From positions 208,242 through 272,241 of the forward strand of contig DASTLB010000022.1 in NCBI GenBank assembly GCA_035715365.1: a stretch of 64,000 bases of DNA, written 5' to 3'. The DNA is from Kofleriaceae bacterium (GTDB lineage: Bacteria > Myxococcota_A > Polyangia > Haliangiales > Haliangiaceae). Numbering within the stretch: the first letter of the stretch is position 1; each line of letters opens with the position of its first letter. The notes beneath the pieces were generated by a model that ran no database searches, was not told where the DNA came from, and saw only the letters and a program-made list of their open reading frames with translations. Shown here one piece after another: positions 50,771-62,123 of the stretch. The position numbers and the translations under genes are program-made.

Positions 50771-51349
50771 ATGAAACGCACGCTCCTCGTCGCCACCCTC
50801 GCTGTCCTTCCGCTGTTCGCAGCCTGCAAGAAGAAGGACGACAACGCCGGTACTGCCGGCCAGAAGACCGCCGACAAGGCTGCCGATCCGACGAAGCCGG
50901 CGCAGCCGGACAAGCCGATCGAGCTCACCGATACCGCGGATCTCGGCGCGGCGATCACCGATCCGGATGTCACCGGGTACAAGGGCCTCAAGGCGAAGGT
51001 GCCGGCGGGCACGAAGCTCGAGGCCGGCATGACGGGTGTGGTCGTGCGCATCGGCGAGAGCCAGGCGTACGAGCTGTCGAAGGCGTTCGAGCCCGGTCAG
51101 TTCGTGGCGAAGAACAAGGGCGAAGCGCAGAGCGACTCGCTCGACAAGCTCGTGAAGTTCCACGTCGACACGCCAGAGGCGATCCTGTGGGAGAGCAAGT
51201 CCGAGCTCGGCGGCGACAACAACTTTCACTTCGCGGCCGAGGTGAAGGTCGGCAACGACAGCTTCAAGTGCTTCAACAAGGGCTACGGGCACTTCACGAA
51301 GGCCCAGGCCGAAGCGCTGCTGAAGAGCTGCCAGTCGCTGACGAAGTAG
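50771..51349 (+). CDS. Lipoprotein, hypothetical
   Basis: The real part of track ORF 49571-51349 gives MKRTLLVATLAVLPLFAAC with a lipobox. Lys-rich. Confidence 0.6.
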   Translation: MKRTLLVATLAVLPLFAACKKKDDNAGTAGQKTADKAADPTKPAQPDKPIELTDTADLGAAITDPDVTGYKGLKAKVPAGTKLEAGMTGVVVRIGESQAYELSKAFEPGQFVAKNKGEAQSDSLDKLVKFHVDTPEAILWESKSELGGDNNFHFAAEVKVGNDSFKCFNKGYGHFTKAQAEALLKSCQSLTK

Positions 51350-51394
51350 CGCTGCTACCGGCGGCTGCGAACGCCCGGCGCGGTGCGGCGCCGA

Positions 51395-51828
51395 TCAGAA
51401 CGGCAGATCGTCGTCGCGGCCCATGCCGAGATCGGTCGGGCGCGGCTCGTAGTCACGCGCCGGCGGCGCGTCGCGTGCGTCGTAGCCGCCGCCTCCGCCG
51501 CCGCGCTGGTTGCCGCGCGAGCGGTTCGCGCGAGCGGGCTGGATCTTCCAGACGTCGAGCGTGTTGAAGTACTTCACCTCACCGGACGGGCTGCGCCACT
51601 CGCGGCCGCGCAGGCTGAACTCGATCGCGACCTCGTCGCCGACGTTCATGCCGTCGAGCTGCGAGCAGCGGTCGCCCGTGAGCTGGAACAGCACCACCTG
51701 CGGGTACTTCGGGTTGTCCGTCAGCTCGACGACGAACTCGCGCTTGGAAAATCGCTCCGACACCTGCTTGGTGTCGAAGATCGTGTGCAGCCTGCCGATC
51801 GCTTCGATGCCCATGGGGATCACCATAG
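51395..51828 (-). CDS. DUF3127-like protein with a Gly/Arg-rich tail
   Basis: MVIPMGIEAIGRLHTIFDTKQVSERFSKREFVV...NTLDVWKIQ. Family assignment from memory. Confidence 0.5.
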
Positions 51829-51902
51829 ATCGCCCCTCCGACATCGAGCGCAACTGCCTGATGCTTGGTAGCTTCCGGCGCGTGGCGAGCTCGCAACGCA
51901 AC

Positions 51903-52259
51903 ATGCTGGGATTGCCGATCGAGCCGTGCTCGATGGCACCGATCACCGGGTGGTTCCGGACCGGCTGCTGCGAGACCGACGACAACGACGTCGGCCGCCA
52001 CGTCGTGTGCGTCCAGCTGACCGCGGAATTCCTCGCATTCTCGAAGCGGCGCGGCAATGATCTGTCGACCCCGCAGCCCGGATTTCCGGGGCTGTCGCCG
52101 GGCGATCGCTGGTGCATCTGCGCGGCGCGCTGGCACGAAGCATACGTCGCGAACGTCGCGCCACCGGTCTATCTCGCCGGCACGCACGAGTCGGCGACCG
52201 AGGTCATCGATCGTGCGGCGCTGATCGCGCACGCGCTCGACGCCCACCACCTCAACTGA
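51903..52259 (+). CDS. DUF2237 family protein
   Basis: MLGLPIEPCS...TGWFRTGCC...VGRHVVCVQLTAEFL...GNDLSTP...GDRWCICAARW. Confidence 0.55.
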   Translation: MLGLPIEPCSMAPITGWFRTGCCETDDNDVGRHVVCVQLTAEFLAFSKRRGNDLSTPQPGFPGLSPGDRWCICAARWHEAYVANVAPPVYLAGTHESATEVIDRAALIAHALDAHHLN

Positions 52260-52921
52260 TGCCACGAACGGTGTCGAAGCCGCGCGCGAAAGCCGTGCGT
52301 CCGGGCGGGCGCACGAAACCAACCGCGACCGCCGACGGACCGATCTACTTCGAGCGCGCCGACGCCTTCGGCGCCTGGCTCGCGGCGCATCATGGAGATC
52401 GCGACGAGCTGGTCGTCGGGTTTCACAAGCGCGGCAGTGGCACACCGAGCATGACGTGGCCCGAGTCCGTCGAGCAGGCGCTGATCTATGGCTGGATCGA
52501 TGGCGTCCGCCGCAGCATCGACGCGAACCGCTACACGATCCGGTTCACGCCGCGCCGGCCCCGCAGCATCTGGAGCGCGAAGAACATCGCGACCGCGACC
52601 GCGCTCGTCGCGAGCGGCCGCATGCAGCCGGCGGGGCTCCGCGCATTCGAAGCGCGCAGCGCGAACCGCTCCCGCGTGTACTCGTTCGAGCGTGCGCAGG
52701 CGGCGACGCTGGCACCCGCCGACGAGCTGCGGTTTCAGGCGAACGCGAAGGCGTGGTCGTACTTCCAGGACCAGCCGCCGTGGTACCGCCGCACCGCGTT
52801 TCACTGGGTGATCAGCGCGAAGCGAGCCGAGACCCGCGAGTCCCGGCTCGCGACGCTGATCGCCGACTCCGCCGCCGGCCGCTGGATCAAGCCGCTGCGC
52901 GCCCGCCCCGGAAAGCGCTGA
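52259..52921 (+). CDS. YdeI/OmpD-associated family protein
   Basis: Starts at the ATG overlapping the upstream TGA (TGATG). YFQDQPPWYRRTAFHWVISAKRAETRESRL C-terminal block. Confidence 0.5.
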   Translation: MPRTVSKPRAKAVRPGGRTKPTATADGPIYFERADAFGAWLAAHHGDRDELVVGFHKRGSGTPSMTWPESVEQALIYGWIDGVRRSIDANRYTIRFTPRRPRSIWSAKNIATATALVASGRMQPAGLRAFEARSANRSRVYSFERAQAATLAPADELRFQANAKAWSYFQDQPPWYRRTAFHWVISAKRAETRESRLATLIADSAAGRWIKPLRARPGKR

Positions 52922-53098
52922 TCAGTGGAGACGCGGTGGGCGGCGAGCAGCGCTTGTCGCGGTCGTGTCGCAGGGTGCAACCACGCGGCACTCCAACCGA
53001 CTTCGGTCCGGCGACGGCGACGCGACAAAATATGCGCGGCGATGTCGAAACGAGACCTCCTCGTTCGTCTTCCAAGTGCAGCCCGGGAGCCGTTGGTC

Positions 53099-53350
53099 AT
53101 GGAATCGCTCGCCCTGTCCGTCGTTTGCGTGCTCGCCGCCGTCGCCGCGTTCGCGGTCGCGTGGCGACGCGGGCATCATGCGATCGCCGAGGCGGTCGAG
53201 CCGGCCGGCGAGGAGCCCTCCCCGTGCCCCGCGAGCTCGGCGGCATTCGCGCAGACGTGGCTCGCGCTCCAGGCGCAGATCGCCGCCGCGGATGCGATGG
53301 CGATCGGCCACCCGCCCCTGATCACGCGCGTCGAGTGGTCGTCGCCGTGA
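53099..53350 (+). CDS. Small hypothetical membrane protein
   Basis: The internal Met of track ORF 52925-53350 is followed by a hydrophobic helix LALSVVCVLAAVAAFAVAW. Weak support. Confidence 0.3.
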   Translation: MESLALSVVCVLAAVAAFAVAWRRGHHAIAEAVEPAGEEPSPCPASSAAFAQTWLALQAQIAAADAMAIGHPPLITRVEWSSP

Positions 53351-53354
53351 ACGC

Positions 53355-53663
53355 TTACTGCCGCGCGCCGGCGCACACCTCGGCCGCGCGATCGGCTCCG
53401 ATGTTCTCCGCACCGACGAGCAGGCAGTTCTTCGCGCCGGGCTCGCACTGCTTCGCGCACGTGTGCTTGTCGATGTCCCACTGACACGACGCCGCGATGC
53501 AGCCCTGGCAATCCTTCGCCGCGCACGGCTCCGGCGCCGGCGCCGGCTCGGTCGTCACCGGCGTCGCGCTCTGATTCGACGGTGGCGTCGCGGTCGGCGC
53601 GGACTTGCCGCCGCACGCCGCAACGAACGCGATCCCCCACAGCGCTGCACGAAGCGTTCGCAT
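53355..53663 (-). CDS. Small Cys-rich lipoprotein
   Basis: The internal Met gives MRTLRAALWGIAFVAACGG with a lipobox. Nine Cys in the mature ~85-aa region (CAAKDCQGCIAASCQW...). Confidence 0.5.
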   Translation of the reverse strand: MRTLRAALWGIAFVAACGGKSAPTATPPSNQSATPVTTEPAPAPEPCAAKDCQGCIAASCQWDIDKHTCAKQCEPGAKNCLLVGAENIGADRAAEVCAGARQ

Positions 53664-53758
53664 CGCCGGGGACGCTATCACGAGTATCCACGATGCCCGT
53701 GTTCGCACGCGCTGCGGTTTTCCGCGCGGGTGTCGTGGATCGACGTAAACTGGTCGTG

Positions 53759-54271
53759 ATGCAGCGTGGTTGGTTGGGGGCTCTGCTGATCGTCGGCGCG
53801 TGCGGCCCTGACCGCGTCGACGACTTCATCGGCCGCTGGGCGTTCTCGCGCGACGCGACGACGCGGACCGCGAACTGCACGAACGGGATGGAGGATCGGA
53901 CGCGGGCGATCGGCGGCGTCGAGCTCGAGATCGAGTACGGCATGGATGCCGACCTCGTCGTCCACGGCGGCTGGTACGACGAGACCTGCATGGTGCGGTT
54001 CGATGTCGACGGCAGCTCCGCGGACGTGCTCGTCGGCGAGCAGTGCAGCTGGACGATCGACACCCGCAGCGCGACGACGACCGGCACGCTCACCTACGTT
54101 CGGTTCCAGCTCGACCTCACCGACACGCAGCTCCTGAGCTTGCATGGCGGAGGCACCTCGACCGTCGAGGCGACCGAAGGCGGGGGTCAAGGATCCGATC
54201 GCGCTTCCGTACCGACCGTGCAGTGCGACGAATCGCTGCGCGGCAGTGCGACCTGGGTCAGCTACTTCTGA
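53759..54271 (+). CDS. Lipoprotein, hypothetical
   Basis: The internal Met of track ORF 53582-54271 gives MQRGWLGALLIVGAC with a lipobox. Confidence 0.5.
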   Translation: MQRGWLGALLIVGACGPDRVDDFIGRWAFSRDATTRTANCTNGMEDRTRAIGGVELEIEYGMDADLVVHGGWYDETCMVRFDVDGSSADVLVGEQCSWTIDTRSATTTGTLTYVRFQLDLTDTQLLSLHGGGTSTVEATEGGGQGSDRASVPTVQCDESLRGSATWVSYF

Positions 54272-54278
54272 TCGCCCG

Positions 54279-54668
54279 CTAGCGACGCAGCTGGACGTCC
54301 GCGTGGTCCGGCAAGCTGTGGTCGAAGCCGCGCGGCTGATACAGATCGGCGCGCATGTCGCGCTCGGGTGCGCGGTCGTCGATCCGGCGATGGATCACGC
54401 CGCCGCCACCACGCGGCCGGATCTCGACCCAGAACGGCGAGCTTCGCACCTGCTGGCGCGACAGCCCGAGCGCGCGCAGCCCCGAATCCGTCATCGCGAC
54501 CGACTCGTCGCGGACGAGCGGGTGATACGCACCGTGACCCTTGCGCGTCTCCGAGTCACCGTACGGATCGTTGGGATAGCCGTACTGCGTGAGCTTCATG
54601 TTGACGCCGCCCCATGCACGCTGGAGCTGATCGATCGACAGACCCTCGAGCTGGTTCTCGTTCGACAT
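54279..54668 (-). CDS. Double-glycine-leader protein with a DPBB/3D-like (RlpA/MltA-type) core; candidate exported cell-wall-active bacteriocin
   Basis: The leader MSNENQLEGLSIDQLQRAWGG fits the LSxx(E/D)LxxIxGG double-glycine consensus. The core (about 108 aa, TQYGYPNDPYGDSETRKGHGA...AMTDSGLRALGL...FWVEIRPRGGGGVIHRRIDDRAPE..RADLYQP) resembles the 3D/RlpA double-psi beta-barrel pattern (V.V.N..G.S..VR.NDRGP...IDLS). The domain assignment is by eye. Confidence 0.55.
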   Translation of the reverse strand: MSNENQLEGLSIDQLQRAWGGVNMKLTQYGYPNDPYGDSETRKGHGAYHPLVRDESVAMTDSGLRALGLSRQQVRSSPFWVEIRPRGGGGVIHRRIDDRAPERDMRADLYQPRGFDHSLPDHADVQLRR

Positions 54669-54671
54669 GGC

Positions 54672-54923
54672 TCACCGCCCCCTCGGAAAGTAGGCGTCGA
54701 GTTGGCCCTTGAACATGCCGAGCCCCGCCTCGTCGAGGCAGCGCTCCGCGATCGGCCGCGTGATCGGCCGGCTCTTGTTCGCGGCAGCGGTCTGCGGGCA
54801 GTACTGCTGCGCGAGTGCGCGCAGCTCGGCGGGACTCTTCGTCGCCGCCTGTCCGCCGCACACGCCGGCAAGGAGGTGGGGAGATACGTCGGTGAACGGT
54901 TCGGGATGGCTCGGCATGTCCAT
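54672..54923 (-). CDS. Small Cys-containing hypothetical protein, tightly coupled upstream partner of the GG-leader gene
   Basis: The last 84 codons of track ORF 54672-54992 (MDMPSHPEPFTDVSPHLLAGVCGG...) lie 3 nt upstream of the next start. No signal peptide. Confidence 0.4.
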   Translation of the reverse strand: MDMPSHPEPFTDVSPHLLAGVCGGQAATKSPAELRALAQQYCPQTAAANKSRPITRPIAERCLDEAGLGMFKGQLDAYFPRGR

Positions 54924-55080
54924 CCCCTCGAGCACATCGGATGCCGCGACCGTCGCGTCCTCGAGGAGACACCACCGACGGCATGACTTCACGCGGTTGT
55001 GCCGCGGGTGTCATGCGTGGTCGGCAACGATCGAGGGGCAATGCCCCAGCCGCGGCCAGGCCGTTAGCCGGCGGGCGCCG

Positions 55081-58002
<2,922 letters not shown>

Positions 58003-58671
58003 GACCCCTCCTTGAACTGGTGCTGCGGTGAAATGGTGCAATGCGGGTATGATCTCGAGCGCGAGATCGCAGCCACCGAAGGCACGGCTCCGCCTGCAGC
58101 GTCCGGTGTCGGACCGGACGTGCGGAGCCCCTTAGGTGGATGACGAGATTCGCGAGCGAGAGCGGCGGTGATTCCGCGATGGCCTGCTTGGGAGAGCCGT
58201 GTACCGGATGCCTATGACAACTGCCGTGGACGAGCGGGACTGCCGGGACTGCCAGGACTGCGTTGCGTCAAAACGGCGAATAGACTTCCGAACGAGGGGG
58301 CGTGATCCAAGTGGGATATCGCGGCGTGGGTCTTTCTTAACGAGGTGAGCCGCGGAGGGCAAGAAAAAGAGCCACTAGATTTGGGGGGTCCAGCGGGAGT
58401 CAATCCTACATATAGTGTGTGGCCGTGTGAGATATTCACGTGGGCATCCTGTGGATTGACAGTGAATTGTGGATGCCTGTGGACGGGTTTCCGCAGCGAT
58501 TCCCGCCCGTTGATATGTCCTGTGGATAACCCTGTGGGTAGGACAAAAAGCGTGAATTGACGCGACGAGTTACGGGCAGATCCCCACTTGAAAAAAATTT
58601 GCGACGCGATCGCCGATGCGGTGGAAAGGGAGTTTCGGCCGCGCGCCCAACCGCGCGATCGCGACGCGGCC
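58003..58671 (-). promoter_or_regulatory. Long lower-GC leader/promoter region of nrdJ with direct repeats and NrdR-box-like palindromes
   Basis: (GGACTGCC)x3 at 58236-58262. CCTGTGG(A/G) x4 at 58448, 58476, 58519 and 58531. AT-rich palindromes ACATATAGTGT (58408-58418) and GTGAGATATTCAC (58427-58439). The GC content is visibly lower than in flanking DNA. Confidence 0.5.
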
Positions 58672-60621
58672 TCAGGGATAGCGGCGCAGCTCGGACGCGG
58701 CGCGCTCGCGGAGGTACTGCTTGGGGTGCGTCTGCGCGGTCTCTTCGAGGAACGGCTTGGCCGCCGGTCCGATGTCGTTGCGCAGGAACCCGGCGATCGC
58801 CGGGTTGTAGTCCTCGTCCAGCAGGAAGCCGCGCAGCACCGTCTTGATCAGCTCGGGATCCGATTTGTAGGCCGGCTCGAGCTTGATCGCGTCGCGGAAC
58901 TGCTTGAGCCCCGCGCTCCAGTACATCCGGCCGAAGTAGAGCTTGCCGGCCTCGTAGGCGATCCGCGCGTCCTCGGGGAACACCTTGCGGGTCGCGACGA
59001 GCAGATCGATCGCCTCGTCGGTCTTGCCGGCGCTCACGAGGTCGGCCGCGCGTGCGAGCTGCGCATCCGCGCGGTCATTGCCGGCGTGCTGTGCCGGTGC
59101 CACCGGCTTGCTGTCCGGCGCCGTCGTGCTGCGCTTGCCACCGGTCGCGCTCGCGATGATCGCGATCACGACGACCAGGCCGAGCACGCTCGCGCCGCCG
59201 ATCACGAGCTGGCGCTTCGTCAACGGTAGCGACCGCGCCCCCGGCGCGTCCGGCGGCGGCACGAACGCGGGCGGCGGCACCGGCGCCGCATCGCGGATCG
59301 AGAGTGGAGACGGTCCCGCGGGCGGCGCGCCGAGAAACGCGACGGTCGGGTTGCGCACCTCGGTGTCGTGCGCCGCGGCCGGCGGCGGTCCCGACGGGAT
59401 CGTGTCCGGCATCTGGATCGAGGCGTCGGTAACGACGACGTCGGTCGCCTGCGGGATCGCGAGCGATAGATCGAAGCCCGGCGCGAGGCTCGGCTGCGCG
59501 CTCGCCGGCGTCGCGACCGCCGCTCTCGCCGGCGCGGCCGGGGTGCCCGGCGTCGTGCTCGGCTGCTTCTTGTCGATCGGCTTGTCGATCATCGGCTCGG
59601 CCGGCTTCGCGATCGCCGGCTCGGCCGACTTCGCGACGACCGCGTCGGCCGGCAGCGACCAGCCGCTCGGCGTCGCGACCGGCGGCTCGGCCGGGATCGC
59701 CGACGGGAACAGCGCACCGGGCGTCGCGGCGTGCGGCGTGATCGGCACGCCGGAGATCGGCGTCGCGGTGCGCATGCGCGGCACGAACTCGTCGAGCGCG
59801 GCGGCGAACTCCTCGGCGGTGTCGAACCGATCGGCGGGATTCTTCGCGAGCGCGCGCGCGACGACCGCCTCGAGCGGGCCGAACTCGATGCCGGGCAGCT
59901 TGTCCGCGAGCTTCGGCGGCGGCTGCTTGAGGTGCATCGAACAGACCTCGACCGGGTCGTCCTTCTCGGAGTGAAACGGCTTGTGCGCGGTCAGCAGCTC
60001 GAACAGCAGGATGCCGCACGCGTAGATATCGGCGCGATGATCGATCTTCGAGCCGCGGATCTGCTCGGGCGCCATGTACGAGGGCGTGCCGACGACGATC
60101 CCGGTCGTCAGGTTCGAGACGTCGTTGAGGCGCGCGAGCCCGAAGTCGAGGATCTTGACGTGATCGCCGAGCCCGGCCTTCTGCGACAGCATGATGTTCG
60201 CGGGCTTGACGTCGCGATGGATGATGCCGTGCTCGTGTGCGTGCGCGAGCCCGGACAGCACCTGGCGCACGATCTCGACCGCGCGCGGGATCGGCATCGG
60301 CCCTCTCGCGATCAGCTCGCGCAGGTTGTCGCCGCTGACGAAGTCCATGACGACGTAGGGCCGCTCGTCGTGGACGCCGACGTCGAGCACGGCCGCGCAG
60401 TGCGGATGCTCGAGCTTCGCCATCGCGGTCGCCTCGATCTCGAACCGCTTGCGGCTCGCGAGCTCGCTCGGCAGCTCCTCGTGCAGCACCTTGACCGCGA
60501 CGATGCGGCCGAGCTTGACGCGCTCGGCGCGGTACACGACGCCCATCGCACCTTCGGCGATCGCCTCGATGACGCGGTACCGGCCGTCGAGCACGGCGCC
60601 GCTGAGATCGGCGTGACCCAC
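58672..60621 (-). CDS. Ser/Thr protein kinase with a Pro/Ala-rich linker, a TM segment and a C-terminal TPR-like domain
   Basis: GAMGVVYRAE, VAVKVL, HRDVKPANI, DFG, GTPSYMAPE. TM LVIGGASVLGLVVVIAIIA. C-terminal TPR-like helices. Start taken at the GTG at 60621; the track ORF extends to 60768. Confidence 0.8.
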   Translation of the reverse strand: MGHADLSGAVLDGRYRVIEAIAEGAMGVVYRAERVKLGRIVAVKVLHEELPSELASRKRFEIEATAMAKLEHPHCAAVLDVGVHDERPYVVMDFVSGDNLRELIARGPMPIPRAVEIVRQVLSGLAHAHEHGIIHRDVKPANIMLSQKAGLGDHVKILDFGLARLNDVSNLTTGIVVGTPSYMAPEQIRGSKIDHRADIYACGILLFELLTAHKPFHSEKDDPVEVCSMHLKQPPPKLADKLPGIEFGPLEAVVARALAKNPADRFDTAEEFAAALDEFVPRMRTATPISGVPITPHAATPGALFPSAIPAEPPVATPSGWSLPADAVVAKSAEPAIAKPAEPMIDKPIDKKQPSTTPGTPAAPARAAVATPASAQPSLAPGFDLSLAIPQATDVVVTDASIQMPDTIPSGPPPAAAHDTEVRNPTVAFLGAPPAGPSPLSIRDAAPVPPPAFVPPPDAPGARSLPLTKRQLVIGGASVLGLVVVIAIIASATGGKRSTTAPDSKPVAPAQHAGNDRADAQLARAADLVSAGKTDEAIDLLVATRKVFPEDARIAYEAGKLYFGRMYWSAGLKQFRDAIKLEPAYKSDPELIKTVLRGFLLDEDYNPAIAGFLRNDIGPAAKPFLEETAQTHPKQYLRERAASELRRYP

Positions 60622-60700
60622 GGTCGATACAATACCGCAGGTCGTCGCGCGGTTCCGGGCCTGGTGGCCTGCAGATGTACGTGCGTGGTACGCAGCGTAC

Positions 60701-61546
60701 GTGCGCTGGCTCGCGACGCGCTTCGTGCTCGGAATCGTGCTCGCGTTCGTGCTGCCGGCGTGCAGCAAGAGCGAGCCCGCCTCGGGTGCGCCGAGCCGCG
60801 AGCTCCGGCTCGTCTCGCTGACCCCGTCGGCGACCGAGGTCGTCGCGGCGCTCGGCGCGACCGATCAGCTCGTCGGGGTCGACGAGTACTCGACGTATCC
60901 GCCGTCGGTGAAGGCGCTGCCGAAGGTCGGAAGTTTTCTGTCTCCGAACCTCGAGGTGATCGTCGGGCTGCGGCCGTCGGTCGTGATCGTCGACGACGTC
61001 CATGGCTCGACCGCGGGTGCGCTGCGCGATGCGAAGATCGAGACGCTCGCGGTCGCGATCCACGGGCTGCCCGACGTCAAGCGGGCCCTGAAGGAGGTCG
61101 GCGCGCGGATCGGCCGCACCGCCGAGGCCGACCGCGCGATCGCCGAGATCGACGGCGCGCTCGACGCGATGGCCGCGAGCCGACCCGCGAAGCGGCCGCG
61201 CGTGCTCGCGATCATCGACCGCGAGGCCGGCGGGCTCGGCAACCTCGTCGCCGCCGGCCCCGGCAGCTGGCTCGACGAGCTGCTCGCGGTCGTCGGCGCC
61301 GAGAACGTGCTCGCGGCGTCCGGCGTGCGGTATCCGAAACTGTCGCTCGAGGAGGTGCTGCGCGGCGAGCCGGACGTGATCCTCGATCTGTCGTACGGCG
61401 CGACCGCCGATCCCTGGCGGACGCTCGCGATCCCGGCCGCAAAGACCGGGAGAATCGTGACGTTGGCCGAGCCATACCTCGTCGCGCCGTCGCCGCGGGT
61501 CAAGCAGGCGCTCGACGCGCTCGCGGCGGCCGTGCGCGGCCCATGA
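60701..61546 (+). CDS. ABC-transporter periplasmic substrate-binding lipoprotein, BtuF/TroA-like (cobalamin or Fe-siderophore type)
   Basis: Lipobox VLPAC. RLVSLTPSATEVVAALGATDQLVGVDEYSTYP is typical of cluster A/BtuF-like binding proteins. Confidence 0.7.
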   Translation: MRWLATRFVLGIVLAFVLPACSKSEPASGAPSRELRLVSLTPSATEVVAALGATDQLVGVDEYSTYPPSVKALPKVGSFLSPNLEVIVGLRPSVVIVDDVHGSTAGALRDAKIETLAVAIHGLPDVKRALKEVGARIGRTAEADRAIAEIDGALDAMAASRPAKRPRVLAIIDREAGGLGNLVAAGPGSWLDELLAVVGAENVLAASGVRYPKLSLEEVLRGEPDVILDLSYGATADPWRTLAIPAAKTGRIVTLAEPYLVAPSPRVKQALDALAAAVRGP

Positions 61547-61567
61547 CGTTCGTGTACATTTGACACC

Positions 61568-62038
61568 ATGTTCACGTTCTTCTTCACGGAGGCGTCGCCG
61601 TTCTCGCAGTGGTACCGCTGCGCGTTCACCGCGGACGGACACGCGTTCGGCTGCGCCGAGCAGTACATGATGCATGGCAAGGCGCTGCTGTTCGGCGATC
61701 CGGAGGTCGCCGCGAAGATCCTCGCCGCCGATCACCCTCGCCAGCACAAGGCGCTCGGCCGCAAGGTGAAGAACTTCGACGACGCGGTGTGGAAGCGCGA
61801 GCGCGAGGCGATCGTGCGCGCGGGCAATCGCGCCAAGTTCACGCAGAACGCGGAGCTGCGCGCGCTGCTGCTCGCGACGGCCGGCACGACGCTCGTCGAG
61901 GCGAGCCCGTACGATCGGATCTGGGGGATCGGGCTCGCCGCGAGCGATCCGCGCGCGCAGGATCCGGCGCAGTGGCGCGGCCAGAACCTGCTCGGCAAGA
62001 TCTTGACCGCGCTGCGCGACGAGCTCGCCGCCGCCTGA
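61568..62038 (+). CDS. NADAR (YbiA-like) family protein
   Basis: FSNF-like start (FSQWY), EQYMMHGKALLFGD, RIWGIGL. Confidence 0.7.
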   Translation: MFTFFFTEASPFSQWYRCAFTADGHAFGCAEQYMMHGKALLFGDPEVAAKILAADHPRQHKALGRKVKNFDDAVWKREREAIVRAGNRAKFTQNAELRALLLATAGTTLVEASPYDRIWGIGLAASDPRAQDPAQWRGQNLLGKILTALRDELAAA

Positions 62039-62123
62039 TCGCGGTGCGACATCGCCCGCGACGCGCGCGCGACGTCACGACATCACCCGCCAACACGCCG
62101 CGATCGCGTGCGCCCGCTGCGCC

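Noticed and set aside
58340-58400. Cobalamin riboswitch upstream of nrdJ/BtuF (GGTGAGCC...GCCACTAG on the plus strand)
   Set aside because: Only fragmentary resemblance to the B12 box. The orientation is plus strand with no downstream plus-strand gene, and nrdJ is on the minus strand. Regulation of nrdJ by a B12-off switch would also be illogical.
58345-58560. 71-aa ORF inside the nrdJ leader
   Set aside because: No Shine-Dalgarno sequence. Odd composition (Cys/Trp-rich). It overlaps repeat motifs, so a regulatory DNA/RNA region is more likely.
60622-60768. N-terminal extension of the TPR kinase to the ATG at 60768
   Set aside because: It would overlap the divergent BtuF-like gene start (60701) and adds a non-kinase-like 49 aa. 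The GTG at 60621 just precedes the Gly-loop.
59075-61747. 890-aa minus-strand ORF and 610-aa plus-strand ORF across the kinase/BtuF region; similarly 19976-21985 (-), 62127-63983 (-), 14311-15346 (+), 13925-15265 (-)
   Set aside because: All are Arg-rich frames shadowing genes with clear motifs on the other strand or frame.
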